DNA of 64,000 nt from Sedimentisphaerales bacterium. GTDB lineage: Bacteria > Planctomycetota > Phycisphaerae > Sedimentisphaerales > SM23-30. Every line of letters starts with the position of its first letter. Position 1 is the first letter of the stretch. The DNA is taken from assembly GCA_963666285.1 (NCBI GenBank), contig OY762711.1, one strand, 5' to 3'. Position numbers and translations under genes: made by a program. Below are positions 42,168-53,020 of the stretch, piece by piece. The notes beneath the pieces are model-generated. The model did not search any database. It was not told the origin of the DNA and saw only the letters and a program-made list of their open reading frames with translations.

Positions 42168-43259
42168 ATGAGACCTGGCTCCAATATTTGGGCTGTAGCT
42201 TTAATAACAGTTAACCAGGTTAATATAACCATAAAAATGCAATCAGTAAGTCGACAAAATATATCAGTCAAGTATGCTATTATTATTTTACTATATATAT
42301 TAGTTTTGATAATTGCCGGGTCAGCGGGATTATGTTTCGGCAGTGAAAAGATTAATATTGGAAGTTCAATAAGAGAAATAATTTCAGGTGATGTTGTTTC
42401 AGTTGATGCGAGGATTTTGCTTCACCAGCGTTTGCCCAGGGTGCTGATGGCAGTAATAGCCGGCGGCTGCCTGGCAGTTGTAGGAGCAGTATTTCAGACA
42501 ATCCTGCGTAATCCGCTTGCTGCACCATATACTCTTGGTATATCCGGCAGCAGTTCGGTGGGTGCCGTACTGGCAATTTCAGTTCCGGTATTGACAACGG
42601 CGAATATTTTCGGTTTTGGACTGATCCAGCTATTTGCCCTGTCAGGGGGGCTTTTTTCGGCAGTTTTCATTTATTTTCTGGCAAAAAGAAGCGGCGGTAT
42701 GTCGATGAATATGCTGCTTCTGGCAGGGGTTGCGATAAGTATTATATCAGCTTCGTGTGTTATGCTGATACGGTATATCTCAAGCCCTTATTTGCTGGTA
42801 TCAATGGATCGCTGGATAATGGGTGGCCTGGATGTTGCCGGTATGAAAGATATTTTGCCGCTTATGCCGTTTATTTTGCCTGGTTTGGGAATATTATTCG
42901 TTCAATCCTTAAGTTTGAATCACCTGGTACTGGGAGATCAAATGGCAATGGGCCACGGGATCTCAGTTGATAAAGTCCAAAAGTGGTGTTTTGCCGGAGG
43001 TTCAATAACCACCGCAGCGGTCATTTCACAAACCGGACCAATAGCTTTTGTCGGGCTGATAATTCCGCATATAACCAAGAAAATCAGTGGAAACGATCAC
43101 CGGTTAATGCTGCCGGCCTCAATGTTAGGCGGAGCAGCTTTTCTTGTTTTGTGTGATACTCTAGCCCGGACGATTGTAGCACCGGCACAGATGCCGGTTG
43201 GAATTATTACCGCGGCAATCGGCGGAATATTCTTTATAATATTGTTATGCAGAAATTGA
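42168..43259 (+). CDS. FecCD/BtuC-family ABC permease (start may be ~42237)
   Basis: RLPR, RNPLAAPYTLGISG, GPIAFVGLIIPH and PVGIITA motifs. Confidence 0.92.
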   Translation: MRPGSNIWAVALITVNQVNITIKMQSVSRQNISVKYAIIILLYILVLIIAGSAGLCFGSEKINIGSSIREIISGDVVSVDARILLHQRLPRVLMAVIAGGCLAVVGAVFQTILRNPLAAPYTLGISGSSSVGAVLAISVPVLTTANIFGFGLIQLFALSGGLFSAVFIYFLAKRSGGMSMNMLLLAGVAISIISASCVMLIRYISSPYLLVSMDRWIMGGLDVAGMKDILPLMPFILPGLGILFVQSLSLNHLVLGDQMAMGHGISVDKVQKWCFAGGSITTAAVISQTGPIAFVGLIIPHITKKISGNDHRLMLPASMLGGAAFLVLCDTLARTIVAPAQMPVGIITAAIGGIFFIILLCRN

Positions 43260-43289
43260 CAATTAGAGAAAAGAGTTTATCCTACCTTT

Positions 43290-43877
43290 ATGGCTAACCA
43301 GAGAGAAAAGACATACGATCAGATCGGGACGGTAACTTTCCGTAAGACCAGATCAAATAAATATATCAGGCTGAGTATCAGGATGGATGGTCGGGTGCTG
43401 GTCTCGATGCCAACCAGGGTGGCATGGCGAGATGCGGAATCATTTTTACGTCAGAAGTATGACTGGGTAATAGAGCAGAAAGATAAGATGGCCCGGACGA
43501 TGCAGGAAGAAGAGCGGATTCCGATAGCATTGCCTCCAGACGAACATCTCCGGCAGGCTCAGCAGTTAATATTTAACCGGCTGGACGAACTGTCAGATCA
43601 GTTTGGTTTTGAGTATCGCAAGGCGACATTTAGAAACCAGAAAACTCTTTGGGGTTCGTGTTCACATGACAATAAAATAAGTTTAAATATAAACCTCGTT
43701 CACTTGCCACCGCACCTGGTTGATTATGTATTACTGCACGAGCTGGTACATACAAAAGTAAAAAATCACAGCTCCCGGTTCTGGCAGCAGCTTGATAAAT
43801 GTATCGGGTCGCCATCATCCGGTAAGAAGCTTAAGAAAGAATTAAATAATTTCAGACCGGGTTTCAGGTGTGCGTAA
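43290..43877 (+). CDS. YgjP/DUF45 (M48-like) zinc metalloprotein
   Basis: WGSCS and DYVLLHELVHTKVKNHSSRFW motifs. Confidence 0.9.
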   Translation: MANQREKTYDQIGTVTFRKTRSNKYIRLSIRMDGRVLVSMPTRVAWRDAESFLRQKYDWVIEQKDKMARTMQEEERIPIALPPDEHLRQAQQLIFNRLDELSDQFGFEYRKATFRNQKTLWGSCSHDNKISLNINLVHLPPHLVDYVLLHELVHTKVKNHSSRFWQQLDKCIGSPSSGKKLKKELNNFRPGFRCA

Positions 43878-44010
43878 ATAACTATTTACTTAAGTGTTAG
43901 AGTGAAATATGCGATAATGTAAAAGCTTGAAATATAAACCAGACCTAGAGAAATGCAGAAAGATGTATAATGCTTTCTGTCAGATAGTTTAAGACAACAG
44001 GAGTTTAACT

Positions 44011-45069
44011 TTGAATAAGAACAGCGAAACCTTTTTGAAAAAATTGTTAGAAGAACCCAGTCCATCCGGATTCGAATGGAATGCAGCCCGTATGTGGCGT
44101 AACCGCGTTAAAGATTATGCAGATAGTGTATTTCATGATGTTCACGGCAATAGCGTTGCAGTATTAAACCCGAAGGCGCCATTTAAGTTTATGCTTGCAG
44201 GTCACATCGATGAGATAGGTCTGATGATATCTCATATTGACGACAAGGGTTTTATTTATACCCAGCAGATAGGCGGTATGGACCCGGCATTACTGGTAGG
44301 TCAGCGAGTGAAGATAATGACCGACCAGGGATTTGTTTTTGGCATTATCGGACGAAAGGCTATTCATCTTATGACGCCGGAAGAGCGTGGCAAGGGCCTG
44401 AAGATGGAAGATATCTGGGTGGATATCGGAGCCAAGGATAAAAAAGAGGCGCTCAAGCGTGTTAAAGTCGGCGACCCGATGGTGATTGATGTTGAGACAT
44501 TAAAGTTGAACGATGATTTTGTCGTAACCCGTGCGGCAGATGATAAAGCAGGAGCCTTTATAGTTGCGGAGGTAATTCGTGAACTTTCCAAGCGAAAATT
44601 GAACATATCAGTTATTGGTGTGGCTACAGTTCAGGAAGAGGTAGGTCTTCGCGGTGCTATTACCAGTGCATATAATGTAAATCCAGATGCCGGTATAGCG
44701 ATTGATGTTGGTTTTGCAACAGATCATCCAGACAGTGACCCCAAAAAGACGGGCGAGGTCAAATTGACCGGCGGTCCCAATTTACATCGCGGTCCAAATA
44801 TTAACCCGGTTTTGGAAAAGCAGCTGGAAAAAACAGCCAAACAGATAAAGATTCCATACCAGATTACAGGCGATCCTCGCGGCACAGGTACAGATGCAAA
44901 TGCAATCCAGCTGTCACGGGGAGGAGCGGCAGCCGGTTTGATTAGCATACCAAACCGCTATATGCATACCCCGGTGGAAGTTGTGTCATTGACAGATATG
45001 GATAATATCATTAAACTGTTGGTCAATTACCTGGCAAAACATCCGGCTCAGAGAGATTATCGACCGTAA
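44011..45069 (+). CDS. M42-family aminopeptidase
   Basis: PSGFE, GHIDEIG, DDKAG, VQEEVGLRGA, GTDA and RYMHTPVE motifs. Confidence 0.95.
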   Translation: MNKNSETFLKKLLEEPSPSGFEWNAARMWRNRVKDYADSVFHDVHGNSVAVLNPKAPFKFMLAGHIDEIGLMISHIDDKGFIYTQQIGGMDPALLVGQRVKIMTDQGFVFGIIGRKAIHLMTPEERGKGLKMEDIWVDIGAKDKKEALKRVKVGDPMVIDVETLKLNDDFVVTRAADDKAGAFIVAEVIRELSKRKLNISVIGVATVQEEVGLRGAITSAYNVNPDAGIAIDVGFATDHPDSDPKKTGEVKLTGGPNLHRGPNINPVLEKQLEKTAKQIKIPYQITGDPRGTGTDANAIQLSRGGAAAGLISIPNRYMHTPVEVVSLTDMDNIIKLLVNYLAKHPAQRDYRP

Positions 45070-45135
45070 GCGAGGTAATAAAGCATTGGCGATCTGGAAT
45101 TGCCTTTTATGTACCTTGCATTATTGCAATAAAAT

Positions 45136-46194
45136 ATGAAACTATTAATATTATATTTTGCCCTGGCAATGGGCATTTCATTTATATGTTCGTTGTTAGA
45201 AGCTGTTATACTCAGTGTTAGTCCTGCGTATATTACCCTTCTGAAAAGAGATGGCAGCAAAACCGCAGAATTGTTACAGAAGCTGAAAGATGATATAGAC
45301 AAATCTCTTTCAGCTATTCTGACATTGAATACTTTTGCCAATACGATAGGAGCTGCCGGAGTTGGAGCCCAGGCCGGCGAATTGTTTGGCAGCTCTATTG
45401 CGGCCTATGTTTCATTTGGCCTGGCCCTGGCTATCCTTGTACTTTCAGAGATCATTCCCAAGACCCTAGGCGCCGTATATTGGAAATCACTTGTTGTACC
45501 GGCTGCGTATATTATCAAGTTTTTTGTTTTCATTCTCATGCCGGTAGTATTTCTTCTTCGCCAGGTAAGCAAGCTGATAAATCCATCAGGAGAAAAAGTT
45601 GAGATATCTCGTGATGAGATACTGGCAACGGCTGATATGGGTCAGGACCATGGTACTCTGCACCATAGAGAAAACAAGATAATTCAGAATATTCTTTGCC
45701 TGAAAAACATCAGGGTTAAAGATGTTCTTACCCCTCGCAGTGTTATTATGGCATTTCAGCAGGATATGACGGTAGAGGAAGTGATAAAAAATCACAGCCC
45801 GCTTGGTTTCAGCCGAATCCTGGTCTATGGAAATGATCTGGACGATATAACCGGTTTTGTATTGAGATATCGTATCAGTCAGAAATTTTCGGAAGGTTCC
45901 GGAGATACCAGGTTAAGCGATCTTGTGAAAGATATTCATGCCGTACCTGATATTGCTGATGTCCAGACTACCCTGGATGAATTTATTGTAAGACGCGAGC
46001 ACATTTTTCTGGTAGTAGATGAATACGGAGGAACGGCTGGAATTATTACCCTCGAAGATGCTATCGAAACTTTGCTTGGAGTAGAGATAGTTGATGAAAT
46101 GGATTCCGTGACCGATATGCGAAAATATGCCAAGAAACTTTGGGAACGCAGGCAAAGATCTATCGAAGCAAAGTTCAGTGCTGAAGATGAATAA
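45136..46194 (+). CDS. CNNM/CorC-family membrane protein (DUF21 + CBS pair)
   Basis: SFICSLLEA, SEIIPKTLG and VVDEYGGTAGIITLED motifs. Confidence 0.93.
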   Translation: MKLLILYFALAMGISFICSLLEAVILSVSPAYITLLKRDGSKTAELLQKLKDDIDKSLSAILTLNTFANTIGAAGVGAQAGELFGSSIAAYVSFGLALAILVLSEIIPKTLGAVYWKSLVVPAAYIIKFFVFILMPVVFLLRQVSKLINPSGEKVEISRDEILATADMGQDHGTLHHRENKIIQNILCLKNIRVKDVLTPRSVIMAFQQDMTVEEVIKNHSPLGFSRILVYGNDLDDITGFVLRYRISQKFSEGSGDTRLSDLVKDIHAVPDIADVQTTLDEFIVRREHIFLVVDEYGGTAGIITLEDAIETLLGVEIVDEMDSVTDMRKYAKKLWERRQRSIEAKFSAEDE

Positions 46195-46592
46195 ACCATA
46201 GTAACAGATGCAGCTTTACTATAAATTTTCAGCATGCAGTGTCGTGTTTCACGTAACACGGTGTCTTTGGTAATATAGTCAGACATGTACAATCAGTATC
46301 TTATGTCGGTATCTCATTTTAACTCCACTTTTAAAAGCAATTTCCAGAGGGCTCTTAAGTCATATTCGGAGCAGTTTGTACGCATATTGTATGGTTTTGT
46401 CCTCTCGGCAGTAAAAATCTGCACAGAAAATATTAAAGTGCTCTAAGTACTCTATTGCTTTTGCAAATTTTTCATATTCGTGGTACAATTTCATTTTTAC
46501 TGTATGTGGAAATATGAATACAGGTCACTTAAAGTTTAACTGCTTTATATAACAGTTGTTATATAAGAATGGAATTTGAGAGCAGATAATGA

Positions 46593-46818
46593 GTGCGGTA
46601 TTGAACTTTTGCCTGTTCAGCATTACACGCAAAGGCCGGAACAGGGCCAATTTAAGTGAAAAAAGAATAGTGAAAAGAAAAAATAAGGTGTTCGACTATC
46701 CTTCGACCAGCTCAGGACAGGTCGTCTCACGCTATGTTTAAACATAATTGTTGCAGGAAGGCTCTTTTAGACGATTTACCAGAGGCACTTCGTTATTGCA
46801 ACTTAAAACCTGCGAAAG
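46593..46818. repeat. Family-B composite repeat with a nested family-A element (~46655-46742)
   Basis: Module X 46593-46648 and module Y 46751-46818; the middle reads A-rich tract-AAGGTGT-hairpin-TGTTTAAA. Confidence 0.75.
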
Positions 46819-46824
46819 AAAACA

Positions 46825-47724
46825 ATGACAAAGATAGAATATAATCCAAATTTTATGAATCGTTTTCGTGAATTGGCCGGACTGGTTGATGATGAGGCTG
46901 AAGTATATATTGGTGAACAGCTTGGCATCCCTGACATTCTCAGGGAATCCATGCTGTACAGTTTGAGGGCCGGCGGTAAACGGTTGCGTCCGGTGATGGT
47001 CTTGCTAGCCTGTGAAGCGTGCGGTGGTGATATCAGTAAGGCATTACCTGCGGCGGTAGCGATCGAAATGATTCATACCTATTCATTGATTCATGATGAT
47101 CTGCCGGCTATGGATGATGATGATGTAAGGCGCGGCCAGCCGACAAACCATAAGGTATATGGTGAAGGTCAGGCGATTCTTGCCGGTGATGGTTTATTGA
47201 CATTTGCGTTTACTTCTCTGGCACGCTATGTAAAAGATGGCGATTTATGCCGCAGGCTGGTTTTAGAGCTTAGTGAAGGAGCCGGGGCGGCCGGTATGGT
47301 TGGCGGGCAAAGTGCAGATCTTAGCGGAGAAGAAAAAGAGCTGAATGTTAACGAACTGGAATTTATCCATGTGCATAAAACCGCAAAACTATTTGAAGCT
47401 GCAATGAAAATGGGCGCGATGTGTGCCGGGGCAGAAGAATCGACAATAAAAAATCTGGGTGAGTTTGGTCTGACCCTGGGCCTGGCTTTTCAGGTGGTTG
47501 ATGATATGCTGGATGTGACTTCAACATCAGAGAAGATGGGTAAACAGACCCAGAAAGACGCCGGTGCCGGCAAGATGACATATCCGGCATTACTGGGTTT
47601 AGAACAATCTCAGGAAAAAGCACAAAATCTTAAATCAGCAGCCATGGGATATTTGGAGTCGGCCAATGTCAGAACTCCGGATTTAGGCAGCCTGGCTAGA
47701 ATGCTGGTAGAGAGAGAAAGCTGA
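46825..47724 (+). CDS. ispA: Farnesyl/geranylgeranyl diphosphate synthase
   Basis: GGKRLRP, SLIHDDLPAMDDDDVRRG, GGQ, KTA and FQVVDD motifs. Confidence 0.93.
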   Translation: MTKIEYNPNFMNRFRELAGLVDDEAEVYIGEQLGIPDILRESMLYSLRAGGKRLRPVMVLLACEACGGDISKALPAAVAIEMIHTYSLIHDDLPAMDDDDVRRGQPTNHKVYGEGQAILAGDGLLTFAFTSLARYVKDGDLCRRLVLELSEGAGAAGMVGGQSADLSGEEKELNVNELEFIHVHKTAKLFEAAMKMGAMCAGAEESTIKNLGEFGLTLGLAFQVVDDMLDVTSTSEKMGKQTQKDAGAGKMTYPALLGLEQSQEKAQNLKSAAMGYLESANVRTPDLGSLARMLVERES

Positions 47725-47786
47725 TATTAATGAAAGCGTTAATTTTCGGTTCCGGGTGAATTGGGCCATGATATAATCTTAATTTT

Positions 47787-48514
47787 ATGATACGAAGATT
47801 TTATAGTAGACACAGCTGGAAGATATTGCTTGTATTACTGGCGATGTGATATTGACAGTTCCTGTATGGCTTAGCGGCGAAGTGTACACCTTCTTTGCCG
47901 AGATTCGTGTTACGGCTATGCTGGAGCATGAAACAACAATGGGTGATATTAAAAAAGCGGGAGAAAATATATATTCAATTCGCAAGCTTCAGATTAATAA
48001 TAAAGACAGGTTGAACACGATACCTATGATCAAGCTCCAGCATTTGTACTGTGAGCTGGAGCCAGGAAAAAGTGATACTCTTGATTTTAAGCTGGCAGAA
48101 TGTAATTATGGTGATATCTATATACTTCTCGATAGTAAAAAAAATACCAACATAACTAAATTGCCGATAACTATGCCACCTCAATTACTGATGAATAATA
48201 TTAGAGTGCATATAAATTCAGTAGGGGGTAAAGAGGGGAATGAGCTGGTAGTTTTACTTGATGGCTATATGCTGCTCGATGAGAATGGTCAGGTTGACGA
48301 TTTGAGTTTTCGCTTAACAACTATTGATGGTAAATTACTGGTAAGAGTTCACAAGAACCCGGAATATGATGCGAGCAGTATTTTACCGAGTGATATGCTG
48401 CCGTACAAGCTGAAAGATTTTAGTATTGTAAATATTATGAAGTACAAGGAAGCCGGCAAAATAATTGAATACTGGCCGGCGATACAGGATCTGCTGAAAT
48501 TTATCAAAAGTTGA
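47787..48514 (+). pseudogene. Hypothetical membrane-anchored protein apparently split by a 1-nt frameshift near 47846
   Basis: 47787-47849 encodes MIRRFYSRHSWKILLVLLAM*; the -1 frame continues VILTVPVWL... to 48514. Confidence 0.55.
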
Positions 48515-48533
48515 TTTAAGGAAATTTTGTGTA

Positions 48534-49091
48534 CTAAATAACCGGGAGAGTATTGATATCAGCCTCAGCAAGTGTTGGGCATTGGCTGTCTTTTTCAGAA
48601 AGGACAGCAGTTTCTGCAGGAACAGGCCATTCTATATTTATCTCAGGATCGTTCCATATTATGCCGTAATCGTCGCCCGGTTTATAGAGATCGGTACATT
48701 TGTACATTACATCTGCCGTATCGCTCAAAACACAGAAACCATGGGCGAAACCTTCCGGTACGTATAATTGCCGATGGTTTTCTCGTGAGAGTATCGCACC
48801 TGCCCATTGGCCGAATGTGGGCGATCCCCTGCGGATATCTACTGCCACATCAAAAATCTCTCCAGTAATACAATAAACCAGTTTTCCCTGGGGTTGTGTA
48901 AGCTGATAGTGCAGACCTCGGACAGTTCCTTTTTTTGAGTATGAATGATTATCCTGGATAAAAGGTTTTGGTATGCCGGCCTTTTGGTATCTCTCGCAGC
49001 TGAAAGTTTCTAGGAAAAAACCACGATTGTCATCGAAAACTTTTGGTTCGATAAGGATAACGCCCGGTATGTCTAACTGTGTGATGTTCAT
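48534..49091 (-). CDS. rfbC: dTDP-4-dehydrorhamnose 3,5-epimerase
   Basis: DNRGFF, QDNHSYS, RGLHYQ, VDIRRGSPTFG and GFAHGF motifs. Confidence 0.97.
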   Translation of the reverse strand: MNITQLDIPGVILIEPKVFDDNRGFFLETFSCERYQKAGIPKPFIQDNHSYSKKGTVRGLHYQLTQPQGKLVYCITGEIFDVAVDIRRGSPTFGQWAGAILSRENHRQLYVPEGFAHGFCVLSDTADVMYKCTDLYKPGDDYGIIWNDPEINIEWPVPAETAVLSEKDSQCPTLAEADINTLPVI

Positions 49092-49226
49092 AATATATAG
49101 TAACCAAATAAAAAATAATGAGCTCAGAACAACTTTATCTATCTCATGGCAATTCTACAAGAATTATAGTGTTAATGTAAAGAAAATTATAGTGCGGTAT
49201 CACATTTTCAACAGTTACCGGTAATA

Positions 49227-50492
49227 TTAATGCAAGAATCTGGTTACATCAAAGTCGCCGACCATTTGTATGTATAAATCATTATTCATTGACAGGTCAA
49301 TGTCTTTTGATTTCGGGTCTTCCTGCGGCTCGGATTTCTTGTTTTCCGACTCGGGCTTTTCCTGTTCAGGTTTATCTTCGGTCTGTTCATTTTCTTTTGG
49401 AGCTGAAGCTTCTTTAGAGACAGCGTTCTTCAGGTCGATAGGACGTACTACCGGTCGGCAAGGTTCAATCTCGTTAATTTCAACAACAACAACATCTCTG
49501 CCGTCATTTAATTTTACCTGTTCACCCATAGCGAAAGCAGGCATCGCCTTTGTGAAGATTTTATACAGTTCCGGATCGAACCATTTAGCATAACCCGGCT
49601 TTTTCATCCGTGCAAGAGCTACAACAGTGGGGGCGATTCTTCCGTCCGGTAAATATCGAAATGATTCAAAATAATTTGCCAGACATGCAATACGGCAGAA
49701 AATATGTATTTCATGACCTTTAAGGGCAAAGATCGGGTCACCGACACCATTAAGCTGTTTTCGCTTGGGAAATCCGCTCCCGTCATAATGCTGGTGGTGG
49801 TTAACTACAATCTGGGCGGCAACCGGGTCAAGTCCGGCTTTCAGCATTTCATATCCTACTTCGGTATGATTCTGCCATTCCGGGGAGCCCAGATTCATAG
49901 CGGTAACGTGAAAAGTCTGCATTTCTTCCGATAGCGAAATTTTGCCCATATCGTGCAGCAAACACCCTGTTCCCAGTGATGTAAGATCTGTTGCCTGACT
50001 TTGCGGCATGTTTGGCCTGGCTTTTAGAAGCTGGCCTTCAGATTTCATACCAATTAATAGTGCCAGCGAAGCGACAGTTGTACTGTGCCGGAAAATATCG
50101 TCAGATTGACCTTGCAGCTCGGAGATGAAAGCCGAGGATATGTTCCCTGCGTTCATTAGATAGTGGAACAGATTTTTCATCTGATCGACATATTGCCTGT
50201 AATCTATGTCATTTATAGATTCACTTTGAGCGTCCTGGAAATTATCTTTCAGCGAACTGTACAGTTCCTGCTGATGTTCTATAAGTTTAGGGTCCAGGTA
50301 ATCGTCCAGGAAATCCAATCCTGGGTAGTTGACCCAAAGATTGTTGACACCAATTGATTTAAGGCGGGAAACCTTGTCGGCTTCCATTTCATATCCTGCT
50401 TTTAACAGAGTGTGATCCGGTTTTTCCGGATTGGGAACCGATCTTGCGAGTGTCATTCCCGCTTCAGCTTGTTCTATTGGTACTCTTAACAT
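49227..50492 (-). CDS. HD-GYP domain protein (variant motifs)
   Basis: GMTLAR N-terminus; LLHDMGK and HHQHYDGSGFP motifs. Confidence 0.85.
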   Translation of the reverse strand: MLRVPIEQAEAGMTLARSVPNPEKPDHTLLKAGYEMEADKVSRLKSIGVNNLWVNYPGLDFLDDYLDPKLIEHQQELYSSLKDNFQDAQSESINDIDYRQYVDQMKNLFHYLMNAGNISSAFISELQGQSDDIFRHSTTVASLALLIGMKSEGQLLKARPNMPQSQATDLTSLGTGCLLHDMGKISLSEEMQTFHVTAMNLGSPEWQNHTEVGYEMLKAGLDPVAAQIVVNHHQHYDGSGFPKRKQLNGVGDPIFALKGHEIHIFCRIACLANYFESFRYLPDGRIAPTVVALARMKKPGYAKWFDPELYKIFTKAMPAFAMGEQVKLNDGRDVVVVEINEIEPCRPVVRPIDLKNAVSKEASAPKENEQTEDKPEQEKPESENKKSEPQEDPKSKDIDLSMNNDLYIQMVGDFDVTRFLH

Positions 50493-50587
50493 TTATATAT
50501 TCATAATCCCGGTTATAGCCGCATTGATGCTTCCTGTTTCAGCATAGAAAATCTATAGTATAGCATTACAAGTTATACTGTTACTTA

Positions 50588-50615
50588 ATATCGACTCGTT
50601 ATGAGTATTACTTGA
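50588..50615 (-). promoter_or_regulatory. Putative sigma28 promoter of the HD-GYP gene
   Basis: Minus strand TCAAG-N15-GTCGATAT. Confidence 0.5.
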
Positions 50616-50714
50616 TAAGATATGTTAAATCGCAGCATGGTGAAAATAAGTTGTGCTGTATAATTGACTTAAGTGGATTAAAAGAGATGAAAAATTAATA
50701 GGAGGAGTTGAAAG

Positions 50715-51332
50715 CTATTTATTATCGCTGCTATTATAGGACCTGACAAGTTCGCAGCCGATGTCATACGCTTCCTGAATTTTTTCAGGATATTTATTAA
50801 TTTCACCGGCTCCATCACATTTTTCTACCAGCAGATTTCGCCAGTATTCCATTTCAATGGAATGGAAAAACCATTTCATTGAAGTTATAGAACCCTGAAA
50901 TGTAGATTCCCCTTTTCTTGCTCCTACAGCAATTAAAATACCTTTTCGTCCTGATTTTTTTATGTCCGGGTCGATAAGAGAATTACCGGTATTGTCTTTA
51001 TATGCCCAAAATAGCTGGCATCGGTCAATCATAAGCTTCAGCTGGGCTGATAATGCCATAAAATATATTGGCGAAGACACAATTAAAGCGTTCGCTTGAA
51101 TTATCTTATTATATATCATGGTCATATCGTCATTTATACTGCATGACTGAGAGTTGAGACAGTAATCGCAATGAGTACAAGGTTTTATGCTGCGGTCGGC
51201 GAGATTAATAATTTCGCAGTCTGCACCGTGGTCCTGAGCGCCGGCAATCACCCTGTTAAGAAGTAATGATGAGTTACTATCTTTCCTGGGGCTTGATGTT
51301 AGTCCTATAATTTTAACAGATTGCTTTTTCAT
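50715..51332 (-). CDS. Iron-sulfur flavoprotein / flavodoxin family
   Basis: SSPRKDSNS, C-x2-C-x2-C-x5-C, SPIYF and LKLMIDR motifs. Confidence 0.9.
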   Translation of the reverse strand: MKKQSVKIIGLTSSPRKDSNSSLLLNRVIAGAQDHGADCEIINLADRSIKPCTHCDYCLNSQSCSINDDMTMIYNKIIQANALIVSSPIYFMALSAQLKLMIDRCQLFWAYKDNTGNSLIDPDIKKSGRKGILIAVGARKGESTFQGSITSMKWFFHSIEMEYWRNLLVEKCDGAGEINKYPEKIQEAYDIGCELVRSYNSSDNK

Positions 51333-51498
51333 CTTTGAATAAAAATTATAACTGAAATCATAATTTTTTGTCAAATCAGAATTTATGTAATCTGAATATC
51401 AATAATAATTTTGTGGATATAATTTATTTACAGCAAAGGTTTCATATTGACGAATTTGCTTATACCTGCAATATGTAAAAGTAAAAAAATACAGGAGT

Positions 51499-51918
51499 AT
51501 GGAAATGCGGTCTTTAATTGTTGAAGATAATGTGATAAACAGTAAATATTTGATAAATCTTCTGAAACCTTTTGGTGATGCCGATGTTGCCGCAAATGGT
51601 GTTCAGGCCATGGAGAAAATAAAAACCAGCCTGGAAGAAGACAAGCCATATGACCTTGTTTGTCTGGATGTCATGATGCCTGAAAAAGATGGTCAGGAGA
51701 CACTGACCGAGATTCGCAAGCTGGAAGAGCAGTTTGGCATTATGGGATTAGATGGAGTAAAGGTAATTATGACAACGGCTATGGATGATAAGAAAACAAT
51801 TTTGCAGTCATTTAGCAGCGGTTGTGAAAGTTTTCTAATTAAGCCAATTGATAAAACAAAACTTTATGAGGAGCTGCAAAAACTAGGTCTTGTAAAAGCT
51901 CCTGCCAATAAACGCTAG
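51499..51918 (+). CDS. Single-domain response regulator (CheY-like)
   Basis: LIVEDN, LDVMMP, MTTA and FLIKP motifs. Confidence 0.93.
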   Translation: MEMRSLIVEDNVINSKYLINLLKPFGDADVAANGVQAMEKIKTSLEEDKPYDLVCLDVMMPEKDGQETLTEIRKLEEQFGIMGLDGVKVIMTTAMDDKKTILQSFSSGCESFLIKPIDKTKLYEELQKLGLVKAPANKR

Positions 51919-51956
51919 TTATAATAATGAACCACTATTCATTTTTACCTAAAAAT

Positions 51957-51997
51957 AAAGAGTCGCTGAAATGGTATCAGCGGCTCTTTCTTTTTTT
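51957..51997. terminator. Bidirectional intrinsic terminator
   Basis: AAAGAGTCGCTGA/TCAGCGGCTCTTT stem between convergent genes, with T- and A-runs. Confidence 0.75.
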
Positions 51998-52026
51998 ACT
52001 TACATAAAAACATTATTTCATGTTTT

Positions 52027-52836
52027 TTATTTTCGTTTGCGAATGGCAAATAATCCGGAGAGCATAAGCATAACCGATGCGGGTTCCGGTACGGGAGGTA
52101 CATCAGTTGACAGGCTGTTAAAGTTATCTAAAGCAAAATAGTATGGTGTATTTGGAAAACCATAGCTGTAGTCACTTGTGTCCATGCTGAATTGCAGTTC
52201 GACAACGTCTCCTAGTGAAGAAAGATCGACCCAGGTCCATTCATCAATTATGTAATCCATAGAATTGTCATCAAAACGGAAATCAGCCAGATAAAATTCT
52301 ACTGGTACTTCTGAAGTAGAGCCGTCAGCTTTGATACCTGTGATTGTTAGTTTTAGCCAGTCCTGGTCGTTGCCTGTGTCGCCGCCAAATTTTTTTGCAA
52401 AATCATCTCCGTTTTTCATCGACCAATAAGTGTAGGTGGTGTTTGTTATCCACATACCATTGAGAGTACTGTTGTAATCTTCACCGGATACCGCGCCAAG
52501 CGAGATTGTTGCTTTTGTAACAGACCAGCTGGGAACATAACATACTCCATACTGGTTAGTACCATCTGAACTTTCGGCCAGATATGCACTGTGTTGATTA
52601 GCCCAGCCTGCGGTTGTTGTATCTGTTTCGTTTGAATATGAAAAACCGTCCCAACCCCAGTCTTCACTGTCAGTATGATTAAATGAGGCATCACCGCTGA
52701 CAAAACCTGTACTGCCGGAATAACTTCCGCCATAATGAGATTCCGAGGCCAGCGGAGTATCTTCAAAAGTTGCAACTGCTGCAAAAGTTGTCGAGCAGCA
52801 TAATATTAACAGTAAATAAGTAAATTTCATTTTCAT
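52027..52836 (-). CDS. DUF4465-domain PEP-CTERM surface protein
   Basis: Signal peptide; WDGFSYSN, NTTYTYWSMKNGD, EFYLADFR and TPYYFALDN motifs; C-terminal VPEP-TM-RKRK; GGAGGAG RBS. Confidence 0.88.
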   Translation of the reverse strand: MKMKFTYLLLILCCSTTFAAVATFEDTPLASESHYGGSYSGSTGFVSGDASFNHTDSEDWGWDGFSYSNETDTTTAGWANQHSAYLAESSDGTNQYGVCYVPSWSVTKATISLGAVSGEDYNSTLNGMWITNTTYTYWSMKNGDDFAKKFGGDTGNDQDWLKLTITGIKADGSTSEVPVEFYLADFRFDDNSMDYIIDEWTWVDLSSLGDVVELQFSMDTSDYSYGFPNTPYYFALDNFNSLSTDVPPVPEPASVMLMLSGLFAIRKRK

Positions 52837-52897
52837 AAATTTCTCCTCCCTGCAACGCAGGATTTTTTGTTCAGGTAAATTATTCTCTATGGCCAAT

Positions 52898-52932
52898 AAA
52901 AAAACCTCATACTTTCCGAAGATAGTATGAGG
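52898..52932 (-). terminator. Terminator of the riboswitch expression platform
   Basis: CCTCATACT/AGTATGAGG stem followed by U7, between the aptamer and the start codon. Confidence 0.8.
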
Positions 52933-53020
52933 CTGTATATGTTAGTAAAGCATATTGTACGTAATATTAAAATATTTTGTACGGAACCCTGTGACTCAAT
53001 CCACGAAGTCTTTTGGCAAT

